Shown one piece after another: positions 18,935 through 27,676 of a stretch of 64,000 nucleotides of DNA. Below the pieces are notes generated by a model, which saw only the letters and a list, made by a program, of their open reading frames with translations, made no database searches and was not told the DNA's origin. The stretch is from Candidatus Latescibacterota bacterium (GTDB lineage: Bacteria; Latescibacterota; UBA2968; GCA-2709665), in assembly GCA_965203805.1 (NCBI GenBank), contig OZ241917.1:5312001-5376000 (forward strand), given 5' to 3'. Within the stretch, counting starts at the first letter, position 1; every line of letters starts with the position of its first letter. The translations under genes and the position numbers were made by a program.

Positions 18935-19068
18935 CGTCTCTGGTACTGGATACCCATTCAATACTCTGGTTCCTGGCGCGTTCATCAGATACAAAAGACT
19001 CAAACGGAAATCAAAATACGACTTCCAATGAACTTCCAGTAAAATCAGATATCCCCCTTTGCTACTGA
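18931..19068 (+). pseudogene. vapC: Truncated VapC/PIN toxin
   Basis: ATGA-coupled to the antitoxin; MTSLVLDTHSILWFL matches the PIN N-terminus, then unrelated sequence and a stop after 45 codons. Confidence 0.75.
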
Positions 19069-19260
19069 CCCGATCAGCCGAGGGGTTTGTTGTTGGGGGA
19101 TGTTATGATAAACTGCATGTTCTCGTTGATGTTTCTGCCGTTTGGTAGTATTACATGTGAACCTGAAGTGCAAGTTGGTTGTAACCGACTCTTCCGATTG
19201 ACTGATCGTTCGTACCTTGTTATCCTCCAAATGGTCACTTCACTCGGAAGGGTGTAGAAT

Positions 19261-19755
19261 ATGGCGAGTGCCACTCTTAATTTTCCGACAGCCGGAAAAG
19301 TTGAGCAGGTGATGCGGCCGTATCAAACGACCTCTGGTGTTGGATCGGAAAGCCCTCATTCAACGGAGGAGAAGATCCAACGCCAAATCGGTATCAATGA
19401 ACTTCGGAAAGAAACAGACATTTGGCGGCGGTTTTATCAGGAGCGGTGCATGGAGGTGAAGGAAGAGCCGTCCATAATTGACACCTACTTTAGTGACCGG
19501 GATTTAGCAATAGGCGGAACTGAGGAGTTTATAAGAGTAACGAAGGCTTGTATTTCCAACTATCGAAGACTTGATAGGGTGGGGGGTATCAACGCAGAAG
19601 ATGATGTCGAGAGTATCGTTTCTTCTTTGAGCGACCTCGTGGCTGTTTGTGAGGAGTTCCTCTGGCGCGTTGGAGTTTATGATGCACTACAGGAACCGAG
19701 AACCGGCAAGGTATGTAAGTCTGCCGACGAGTTTATCCAGGAATTGGCGTTTTAG
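19261..19755 (+). CDS. Hypothetical protein with an antitoxin-like acidic C-terminus
   Basis: 164-aa ORF ending GKVCKSADEFIQELAF; family not recognised. Confidence 0.5.
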   Translation: MASATLNFPTAGKVEQVMRPYQTTSGVGSESPHSTEEKIQRQIGINELRKETDIWRRFYQERCMEVKEEPSIIDTYFSDRDLAIGGTEEFIRVTKACISNYRRLDRVGGINAEDDVESIVSSLSDLVAVCEEFLWRVGVYDALQEPRTGKVCKSADEFIQELAF

Positions 19756-19945
19756 ATGTGTTGAAGCTTTTGGTAAATAGGCCCAGACTGCTATTGATCG
19801 CCCATATGCGGCCGAAGGGGATCGGCCTAATGCCGCCACTGCAAGATCGCCGTAATCAGGCCACCGGACGTTGTTGGCAAAACTCCATGCCCACGGGTTT
19901 TAAAAATCACCTGCATAACCGGTCTGAATACCTGACGTTGTAAAC

Positions 19946-20266
19946 GCCCAGGGGGTGAAATCCTCCTGGGCGTTTATACATAAAGCTTGTGGGAACTGCC
20001 GAAGCCGATTACGTCTGCAGGCATTGACGTGGAGGGGAACGAACCCAGCCGCCAGAACTCACGAACCATTAACCTCAATCCGAAAAAAACATCAACGGGT
20101 CGCTGCGACGAAACCTTCCGAAACGGGCCGAAAAGGTCGTCCGAAAGGACATTTTTTCCGTTCACGTCCAGTGACCTGACGTATCATAGAAATCAGCAGT
20201 TAAATCGCCTTTATTCACTTGCACATATTCGAATTAGCGTTCCCGAATAATGACGAATCAATGTTA
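19946..20266 (+). repeat. Direct repeat B, copy 1 (mostly non-coding, starts with a GC hairpin)
   Basis: Shares GCCCAGGGGGTGAAATCCTCCTGG, GCTTGTGGGAACTG.CGAAGCCGATTAC, TTTCCGTTCACGTCCAGTGACCTGA and AATCGCCTTTATTCACTTGCA with 21690-22061. Confidence 0.88.
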
Positions 20267-20600
20267 AAACACGTTCAAATACATCTGGCTTGAGTTTCTC
20301 CGTCCTCCTATTCGTTGCAAACAGCTTTTCAACATCTCTCATTCTAACCAGCGTTGCATTCTCATAATAGACAATCGAAGGTTCTTTTATGCGAGAGTGG
20401 TCTCCCCTCTTCAAAACAGTCGTCGAATCTTGCCAACGCTTCCGATACGTGATCACATTTACCAAAATCACCCTGTCATCCAACCCGACAGGTTCGCAAA
20501 GGACAATGTTAAGGTGACCTCCACTCTTCGATCCATCTGGCAAAATCGCAGTATCTCCAGGCCCTACAGGCCCAACAACCGCTCCCTGTACCCCGTGCAT
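20211..20600 (-). CDS. Putative toxin partner of the Panacea antitoxin (possibly PemK/MazF-like fold)
   Basis: GDTAILP...HLNIVL...VILVNVIT...GDHSRIKEPSIVYY pattern; overlaps the 3' end of the Panacea gene. Confidence 0.55.
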   Translation of the reverse strand: MHGVQGAVVGPVGPGDTAILPDGSKSGGHLNIVLCEPVGLDDRVILVNVITYRKRWQDSTTVLKRGDHSRIKEPSIVYYENATLVRMRDVEKLFATNRRTEKLKPDVFERVLTLIRHYSGTLIRICASE

Positions 20601-21115
20601 CGAATGTCCTCAAGAATTATCTCGATATCCTCCGGACAGTAATCCACAGCCTTCAAAATGTCTCCAAGATTGATAGGCACCCTACCCTTCTTTACTTCCG
20701 TATACTCAGGAAATTCATGCGTATAATCCTTCAATTCTTGAAATGACCAACTCCCAAACTTCCCGAAGAGTCCATCCATGATCTCCCTATCCGACCGAGA
20801 AAGACGACCGAAATACGGCGGCTCTCCAGATAAAGAGACACCATTTCCATGGGTCACAAAATAAGAATCCCACTCCCTTTCTCTCTTCTTCCCATTTATC
20901 AAATCTAACGTATTGCTCAGTATAGGCCCATTCGCCATCGAAAAATAGTTGTCATAGGTAACAGCATAACCGCGCTGACGAAGTGACTCCCGATCCAACA
21001 TGTACAAAAACTTCATAAGCCTGAACTTATCCCAAACACCCCCTGCTAAATTGAGATAATACGCTGTAGCCTGAACCGTTCTGTCTAAACGAAATCTCGG
21101 CGGCGTCCAGTTCAT
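20564..21115 (-). CDS. Panacea-domain (DUF4065/SocA-like) antitoxin
   Basis: LMKFLYMLDRESL...YFSMANGPILS...ELKDYTHEFPEY motifs. Confidence 0.85.
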   Translation of the reverse strand: MNWTPPRFRLDRTVQATAYYLNLAGGVWDKFRLMKFLYMLDRESLRQRGYAVTYDNYFSMANGPILSNTLDLINGKKREREWDSYFVTHGNGVSLSGEPPYFGRLSRSDREIMDGLFGKFGSWSFQELKDYTHEFPEYTEVKKGRVPINLGDILKAVDYCPEDIEIILEDIRCTGYRERLLGL

Positions 21116-21430
21116 GGATCCTCTCCTGTTGGTAGGATCGCTGAGGGGATGGAATGCTTTGAGGATACGTTTTGGGCTCTTGGCTGGAGCCTGGTCTCAA
21201 TGAACCTGGTGACGTTTTCGTAGATTACAACTTCAAGCTCCGGTGGCTTTTCGGGTTCTTCTTTTGCCGGGGGCTTTTGCGGTTTTGTACTGTATGACCT
21301 ATTGAGACGTTCTGACCTCCAGAAAAAGAAGAAATAATCCTCGCCTTTTGTCAACTACAAATATACAATTCAACTGTTCACGTTTTCGCAGCACATTCAC
21401 TGCCGTCCAAGAACCGTGGGATTCACAGAG

Positions 21431-21514
21431 ATGAGGTTCGAAGAGCGGGTTAAATTGGCGGTCTTGTACGGGTCCTACCCGGATAACGAAAACCAGGTTG
21501 CCATCGGTTCGTGA
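21431..21514 (+). pseudogene. Possible fragment of a minimal nucleotidyltransferase (MNT)
   Basis: MRFEERVKLAVLYGSY resembles the MNT hhhYGS motif, but the DxD that should follow is missing. Confidence 0.3.
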
Positions 21515-21689
21515 TTGTTTTAACGCATGTCATTCTGAGTGTAGTCGAAGCATCTCCCGCCGCGTCCGTCCGGTGCTGCAGGCGGACGTGCTGCCTCTCA
21601 AGATTCGACAAGCGAAAATCGCACGGGGACGATCCGATGCAGCAGTAGATCCATCGTCGGCCTGGGGGGCACCCTTCGACAGGCTAAGG

Positions 21690-22061
21690 GCCCAGGGGGT
21701 GAAATCCTCCTGGACCTTTTTTCATTAGGCTTGTGGGAACTGACGAAGCCGATTACCTTTGGAAACATTGATGAAATGCAAAACGAAATGGGGCGTGAGT
21801 TAGCCTCAATGTGAAAAAAGAACACCGAAAAATTGGCCACAAAAAGCACAAACGGGACAAAAAGCATCCGTGCAAAGCGGCGCGTGTCATAACGAGGACC
21901 TTGCAGTTCTTTCCTCACCGGACCGAATAGGACGTCAGGATGGACATTCTTTCCGTTCACGTCCAGTGACCTGAAGGTTCATTGAAATCAGCAGTTTAAT
22001 CGCCTTTATTCACTTGCATATATTCGAATTAACGTCCCGGAAAATTGACGAATCAAGGTTA
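21690..22061 (+). repeat. Direct repeat B, copy 2 (upstream region of the 22170 gene)
   Basis: Colinear with 19946-20266 apart from a longer, divergent middle; the 5' hairpin is followed by CTTTTTT. Confidence 0.88.
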
Positions 22062-22169
22062 GATGCGGCAATAGCCAGGGAAGCAACGCATGTTCCCGCA
22101 GTTTGAAGTCATGAGATGCGCCGTTTCTGTGCCATTTAGCCACGTAAATCCAACCGGAGGAGTCCACAA

Positions 22170-24041
22170 ATGAAACCGTTCTCTGAAGATTTGCTCGCGA
22201 AGTTGGCGGATGCAACGGTGGCGCCGCCTGAGACGCGGCCGAGGGTCCTGCTGGGCGCTGAGGAGGTTGACAAGGCCCGGGAACGGGCGAGGGCGACTCC
22301 GGGGTTTGTCGACAGTCTTGCGGAGGCGGCGAGAGAAGCGTCCGCCAGTGAAGATCTTTTCGGCGCCGAGCCGGAGCTTCCGTATTTCTGCCAGACGCCG
22401 CTGCGGTCCCTGGCGAATGCCGCTTTCATCCTGGAGGACGAGACGTTCGCGGCCAGGGCGCTCGAGGGCGTGGAAGTGATGTTCTCGTTTCCGCCGGAGG
22501 AGTGGGTGGCGCGGCCGCACCGGCCCATGCGATGCGATCACGCCATGCTGAACGTGGCGTCGGCGATCGGTATTTCGACGGATCTCTGCGCGTCGGCCTG
22601 GCCGGACGATGCGGCAACCTCGATTTCAGAACGGATCAACGCGTACACGGTCTCACGGTTTCTGGAGACGTGGGAAAAACAGGACGCGCACTGGTCCAGT
22701 CCGGACTACCACTGGAACTGGAAAATCATGTGCTGCGGGGAAATGGGTACGGCGGCCCTCGCGTGCGCCGAAGAGATCTCCAACCTGGACGCGGTCCTGC
22801 CGGCCGCGCTGGCGGGATGTCTGGATATCCTGGATTTCGTGCCGCCTGAAGGCGACTGGGCGGAGGGGCCCGGATACTGGCTGGGCACCCTGGGACACGG
22901 CGTCAAGTTCGGCGTGGGACTGAAGCGGGCCACGGGCGGCGCGGTGGACCTGTTCGAGCATCCGGCGTTACGCATAACGGGCGACTACATTGTACACGTC
23001 ACCGAACCGGACGGTCAGGTTTACAACTTCAATGACAATGGAATCTCCCTCGGCGCGAGTCTGGATACCCTGCTGCTGCTGGCCAGGCTGCGGCGACGCG
23101 GTGACTGGGCCAGAACCGCGCGCGCAAGCGACCACGCAACCGTGGAACGCTTGATCTGGGACGATCCGTCGCTGGCAGACGCGATTCCGGAAGCAACTTC
23201 GCGAAGTTACCCGACGACCGGCGTGGTGACCATGCGCAGCGGGTGGGATGAACAGGCAACGTTCGTCGGATTGAAGTCCGGTTCGAGCGCGGTCGGCCAT
23301 TCGCAGCTGGACGCGAACTCATTCGTCGTCTCCTCGCGCGGAGAACGGCTGCTGATTGACGAGGGGATCTGGCCCTACGGCCACGACCTTGGGTTTTTTG
23401 ACAGCGCCGGGGGGAAGCGGTGGAATTTCGACGGGAACGGGACGATCGGTCACAATACGCTGATGGTGGACGGCGAGGGTCAGCGCTATGGGGCCGGCTA
23501 TCCGGGCAGGATCGTCTCTTTCGATGCGGGCGGGGAGGTAGACGTGGCCGTTGGCGACGCAACGGAGGCATACGGTGGGAAATTGACGCGTTATCTGCGC
23601 ACGCTTGCTTTTCTGAAACCGGACGTGGTCCTGGTCTACGACCGGGTCTCGTCGGAGGAACCCCGCGTCCTCGAGTGGCTGTTTCATCACCGGGCGGAGG
23701 TGTCCGGCGACGAGCGGCTGACCGAGTTCCGGCAGAACGGCGTGACGCTGTCTCTCTCCAGAGTGATTCCCGAACATATGGAATGCTGGCGGATGAGCGA
23801 CATAAAGCGGACGAGTACCTATACCGAGTCCAACCAGCACCGACCGAAACGGGTCAGCGTCGAATATCGGGGTTTCGGGCCGTTTCATCCGTGCCGGGAA
23901 ATCGAGGTGTTGTGGGCGATTCACGCAGGGGACGCTTGCGATCGGCCGGAGGTCGAGGCGTCGGCGGGGGATGATGGCGCGGTGACGGCCCGCGCGGTGT
24001 TTCGTGACGGGAACGAGCGAATCGTGACGCTCCCGAAATAA
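22170..24041 (+). CDS. Heparinase II/III-like protein (alpha/alpha toroid plus beta-sandwich lyase-like)
   Basis: WNW, EGPGYW, NFND, MRSGW, HSQLDANSF, LLIDEG and HNTLMVDG motifs; GGAGGAG RBS. Confidence 0.8.
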   Translation: MKPFSEDLLAKLADATVAPPETRPRVLLGAEEVDKARERARATPGFVDSLAEAAREASASEDLFGAEPELPYFCQTPLRSLANAAFILEDETFAARALEGVEVMFSFPPEEWVARPHRPMRCDHAMLNVASAIGISTDLCASAWPDDAATSISERINAYTVSRFLETWEKQDAHWSSPDYHWNWKIMCCGEMGTAALACAEEISNLDAVLPAALAGCLDILDFVPPEGDWAEGPGYWLGTLGHGVKFGVGLKRATGGAVDLFEHPALRITGDYIVHVTEPDGQVYNFNDNGISLGASLDTLLLLARLRRRGDWARTARASDHATVERLIWDDPSLADAIPEATSRSYPTTGVVTMRSGWDEQATFVGLKSGSSAVGHSQLDANSFVVSSRGERLLIDEGIWPYGHDLGFFDSAGGKRWNFDGNGTIGHNTLMVDGEGQRYGAGYPGRIVSFDAGGEVDVAVGDATEAYGGKLTRYLRTLAFLKPDVVLVYDRVSSEEPRVLEWLFHHRAEVSGDERLTEFRQNGVTLSLSRVIPEHMECWRMSDIKRTSTYTESNQHRPKRVSVEYRGFGPFHPCREIEVLWAIHAGDACDRPEVEASAGDDGAVTARAVFRDGNERIVTLPK

Positions 24042-24056
24042 GGCGCCGTGCCGCGT

Positions 24057-26333
24057 TCAGTTCGACGGCGGCGCCTTGCTCTCCGACATTTGTACCGGTT
24101 CATCGCGAGCGGCGCTTCGTTGCGCGCGAATCTTCCGGATCAGCCAACCGTATTGCTGCAGGACGGGATCGTCCTCTCGTTTCGCCTTCGTCAATTCGAG
24201 GTATTTCGCGAGGTACCTCGCCCCCCTTTCCGTCAGGCCAACGTGGATAAGCCCTACGTAGGCGCCGGCCGAAAGCCCGGAGTCCGCAAGCCTGCGAAGT
24301 TCCAGCTTTGCATCGGCCAGCCTGCCCTGTGCGAGATATACCTCACGCAAAAGCAGTCGTCCCAACGCAAACTCCGGCTTTACCCTCAGGCTGCGCTTGA
24401 AAGCCATTCCTGCCTGCTTCCAGTCTTTGCGGCGGTAGGCCTCGACGCCGTCGATGACGTATTTGTCCGGTAGCGCGGGATCTGTGCGGATATCCGCCTT
24501 CCACCGATCGAGCAGGTCCTGCACGTTCGCGCTGGTGCGCCGGTACACGACAACACGGGGATGGTCGAATCCCGTGACCGTGGGTTCGGCGTCGGCTTCG
24601 GAATAGGTGAATCCGAGGATTTCGGGGGAGATCTTGAACTGCGCGACACGTTCGAAACCCAGGGTCTGTTCGGCCAGGCGGCGGTAGTAGGTGTGGGCGA
24701 TCGGGAATCGCCGCTGCACGTTCTTGAAAGGCAGCGACCGGTTTTCCTCGATCAGGACAATCCAGTCGACGCCGGCCAGCCGGTTTTCAATGAATTCGAC
24801 GTGCGCCTCGTAGGGCAGGTTGCCGTCGGCGGACAGAAACCAGGCGGCCTCGTCGAGCCTCCGCTTGTACCGGTCCGCCGGCGCCATCCAGGCCGTCGGG
24901 TAGCCGCCCCGTTCGGTCAGCACGCCAGCCCCTTCGGGGATATTCCGCTTGATCCATCCGGCCGCCTCGAACCGGCTGCTGGAACGGTAGACGCGCGCTG
25001 TCGCGATGCCGTACGCGGCCGTGGGAATCGCCACCAGCGCCACGGGCAGAGCGTAAACCCAGAACTGTTTCCAGCGCCGGCGCATCCAATCGACTGCCTC
25101 CATGCAGGCCCATGCGCCCATTACCGCCATAAGGGGTTGCATCGGTACGGTATACCGAAGGGGTTTGGTGTGGAGCCCGGCCACCATGTAGAAGTACGGC
25201 CCGAGCCAGGCCAGCAGAACCCACCATCCGCTCTGCCGCTTCCACAAGGCCAGCGCAACCCCGCACAGGGCCGCAATTTCCAGGGGCGTTCCCAGCGCGT
25301 ACCGGAACAGGTGGGTGACGAAGAACAGATAAGGCGTGGTGGCGTAATCGTAGAGCGCCCAGATGCGGACCGTCTCGCCTTTCGCGATCTTCAGGCTGGG
25401 CAGGAAGTTCCGCATGTCTTTCGAACTGAAGAACTCGCCGGGCTTGAGCAGCAGGGGTTCGCAGGCCACCGCGACCGCAACCACGACCGCGGCGCAAAGC
25501 AGCGTTCGCGGCGTGAACGCCCGTTTCAGACGGTCCCGGACCAATATGGCCCCGGCCGCCATCCAACGCGACCTCCGTTTCCGTTTCCCGCGTTGATCTT
25601 CTCCGGTCTCCACCGGTGTTTGCGCAGGCCATAGGTGCGCCAGCAGAAAGGGCAGGCACAGCATGCCCGCCATCAGCCGTGTGCCGGCCGCCATGCCGCA
25701 GACCAGCCCGCACACCAGGTAGGGGCGGGTACGGTCGGACGGCAGTTTCAGGATAAGGTAGACAGCGAGGGTCGTCCAGAACGCGAGGGACACGTCCACG
25801 GTATAGTAGTGGCACTGCTGGATATGCCCGGCGCAAAACGCCAGAAAAGCCGCGCCAAGCAAGCCCGTCCGGATGCCCGCAAGATGGCGGCCGATGGCGA
25901 ATACGACCCACACCGTCAGGACGCCCAGAGTCGCGGAGATTCCGCGACCCATGAGGTGGGTGAATCTCATCGACTGATTGTCGTCCTTGACGAACGGTTG
26001 GATTCCAACGACGAAGCCGGCGCCGTTGGCGAGGGTCCACAGGACGTATGCAGGGCCCTTGGCATAGGCCGTAACGGCCCTCGTCACTTCCACGCCCACC
26101 AGGCCGGCGCTTTCCACAACCGTGCGTTCATCGGGATGGAAGGCATGAAACCTGCCGGTTTCCGGATCGGTCCCCCAGCCTATTCCATAGAACCGGAGCG
26201 CTGCCGAGGCAACCAGGATGAAGATCAGGAGCCCGTACGCGCCCCGATTTTCTCTGATCGTGGAAATAGCGTCGATATCAGCCTCTAACCTTGATTCGTC
26301 ATTATTCCGGGACGTTAATTCGAATATGTGCAA
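24057..26333 (-). CDS. GT-C fold (PMT/ArnT-like) membrane glycosyltransferase with a TPR-like C-terminus
   Basis: LRFYGIGW...FHPDE, HYYTVD, many TM segments, RYTVP; start codon uncertain. Confidence 0.75.
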   Translation of the reverse strand: MHIFELTSRNNDESRLEADIDAISTIRENRGAYGLLIFILVASAALRFYGIGWGTDPETGRFHAFHPDERTVVESAGLVGVEVTRAVTAYAKGPAYVLWTLANGAGFVVGIQPFVKDDNQSMRFTHLMGRGISATLGVLTVWVVFAIGRHLAGIRTGLLGAAFLAFCAGHIQQCHYYTVDVSLAFWTTLAVYLILKLPSDRTRPYLVCGLVCGMAAGTRLMAGMLCLPFLLAHLWPAQTPVETGEDQRGKRKRRSRWMAAGAILVRDRLKRAFTPRTLLCAAVVVAVAVACEPLLLKPGEFFSSKDMRNFLPSLKIAKGETVRIWALYDYATTPYLFFVTHLFRYALGTPLEIAALCGVALALWKRQSGWWVLLAWLGPYFYMVAGLHTKPLRYTVPMQPLMAVMGAWACMEAVDWMRRRWKQFWVYALPVALVAIPTAAYGIATARVYRSSSRFEAAGWIKRNIPEGAGVLTERGGYPTAWMAPADRYKRRLDEAAWFLSADGNLPYEAHVEFIENRLAGVDWIVLIEENRSLPFKNVQRRFPIAHTYYRRLAEQTLGFERVAQFKISPEILGFTYSEADAEPTVTGFDHPRVVVYRRTSANVQDLLDRWKADIRTDPALPDKYVIDGVEAYRRKDWKQAGMAFKRSLRVKPEFALGRLLLREVYLAQGRLADAKLELRRLADSGLSAGAYVGLIHVGLTERGARYLAKYLELTKAKREDDPVLQQYGWLIRKIRAQRSAARDEPVQMSESKAPPSN

Positions 26334-26380
26334 GTGAATAAAGGTGATTTAACTGCTGATTTTGTCGCATTAAGGCTAAC

Positions 26381-27124
26381 CTATCGATATCTGCGAAAGA
26401 TTTCAATCATTCCGAAGATCGCGATGACGAAGTCGCGAACTCTGATTTTCGATCCCGCCGCGTCCCGCCATTCCGAAAGGGGGACTTCGTACACGATGTC
26501 CCGCACCTGCGGTCGCTGCGTACCCGTTCTGGCTCGCATCAGCCTGGCGATGATTTCGACGTCGAAGATCCATCGGGTGGCGAAGGGTTCCCGAAACAGC
26601 GCGGGCAGCCCCGCCGTTGCCCGGAACAGTTTCGCTCCGCATTGCGTGTCATAAATGTCCACGCGAAGAAACAGGGAGGCGGCAATCGCGAACAGTCTGC
26701 TCAGGGAGTGCCTCAACCGGTTGCGCCTGATTGCCCTTCCCAGAAGGCGCACCCGCGCGCCGAAGGCCATCTCGATTTCCGGCCTGCCGTCCAGGACGCC
26801 GCGGAACTCCCGGATGGCTGCCAGCGGCGTGGCGAGGTCCGCATCCCAGAATCCGACGTAGTCGGGATCGGATTCGAACGCCTTAAGGAATCCCTGCCGT
26901 ACAGCCTCGCCCTTGCCGGAGTTCTCCGCGAGGGTATGTACGTCAAATGAACCGGTGTCCGAGGCCCGCAAAGCAGAAAGCACCTCGGCCGTGGCGTCGG
27001 TGCTGCCGTCGTCGACGAACAGGAACCTGATGCCGGGCGTCCTTCTGACGAATCCACGAAACGTCTCAACGGGAAGGCGGCCCGCTTCGTTATAACACGG
27101 GACGACGATAATCGTATCCGACAT
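26381..27124 (-). CDS. GT2 polyprenyl-phosphate glycosyltransferase (Dol-P-Glc synthase-like)
   Basis: VVPCYNE, VDDGSTD, GKGEAV, DADL, DTQCGAKLF and FDVE motifs. Confidence 0.9.
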   Translation of the reverse strand: MSDTIIVVPCYNEAGRLPVETFRGFVRRTPGIRFLFVDDGSTDATAEVLSALRASDTGSFDVHTLAENSGKGEAVRQGFLKAFESDPDYVGFWDADLATPLAAIREFRGVLDGRPEIEMAFGARVRLLGRAIRRNRLRHSLSRLFAIAASLFLRVDIYDTQCGAKLFRATAGLPALFREPFATRWIFDVEIIARLMRARTGTQRPQVRDIVYEVPLSEWRDAAGSKIRVRDFVIAIFGMIEIFRRYR

Positions 27125-27180
27125 AGGATTAAAACCGTGACCTACTTCACGCACCGACGAGAATGACAACGAACTCATAC

Positions 27181-27240
27181 GAAGAAACGAAGACGCAGAG
27201 AAGACGAGAGAACGAGAAGACGAGAGAACGACGAAAAAAC
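27181..27240. repeat. Purine-rich low-complexity tandem repeat
   Basis: GAGAAGACGAGAGAAC occurs twice in tandem, plus partial copies; no T on the + strand. Confidence 0.6.
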
Positions 27241-27676
27241 CGTGAACATAAGACGGCGGACATCAGGCAACAATGCAGGAAAAGGCAAACAGAGTGACTG
27301 CCAGGATCGGCAAATGGTGGTATTTGGGCCCCTGTTGCGGAGCTGTCTGAGAGAAATTGAAGGGTTTCGGAAGGCGGTCGCGTTCAGCTGGTGAGGTGAT
27401 GAATGTGCGGTAGATTTCGAGGAATATAGCGTATGCCCTTACGCATGTCAACGCAATCGCCGGGCCCGACAGCCGACCGGCAGCGGGGCGCACACGCGCT
27501 TTATGCGAGGGAGTTTCGGACCGCCCGACGTTGTATCGACGGGTTCCGGCGGGACCCCGCCGAATGGCTTCGAGACAACCTGCCGTGCTTGACAAAGGAA
27601 TGTACAGGCCGTAGATTTCGCTGGCAATGGGAGGTGTCGGGCAGTGGACGAGGATCCGCCGAAATCGGAGATCTTC

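Larger units (their letters stand above)
7105..22061. mobile_element. Defence island (Zorya, NucS-like nuclease, several TA modules); no integrase seen
   Basis: Visibly lower GC than the flanks (lowest at about 17.9-21.4 kb), defence gene content, gene remnants and diverged direct repeats at both edges; boundaries approximate. Confidence 0.65.

Noticed and set aside
19946-20000. FMN riboswitch or group II intron fragment suggested by GGGGGTGAAATCC
   Set aside because: The other conserved riboswitch or intron segments are not present
21112-21354. 80-aa ORF overlapping the Panacea start
   Set aside because: TTG start and low-complexity sequence; it could be real given the 4-bp overlap but cannot be supported
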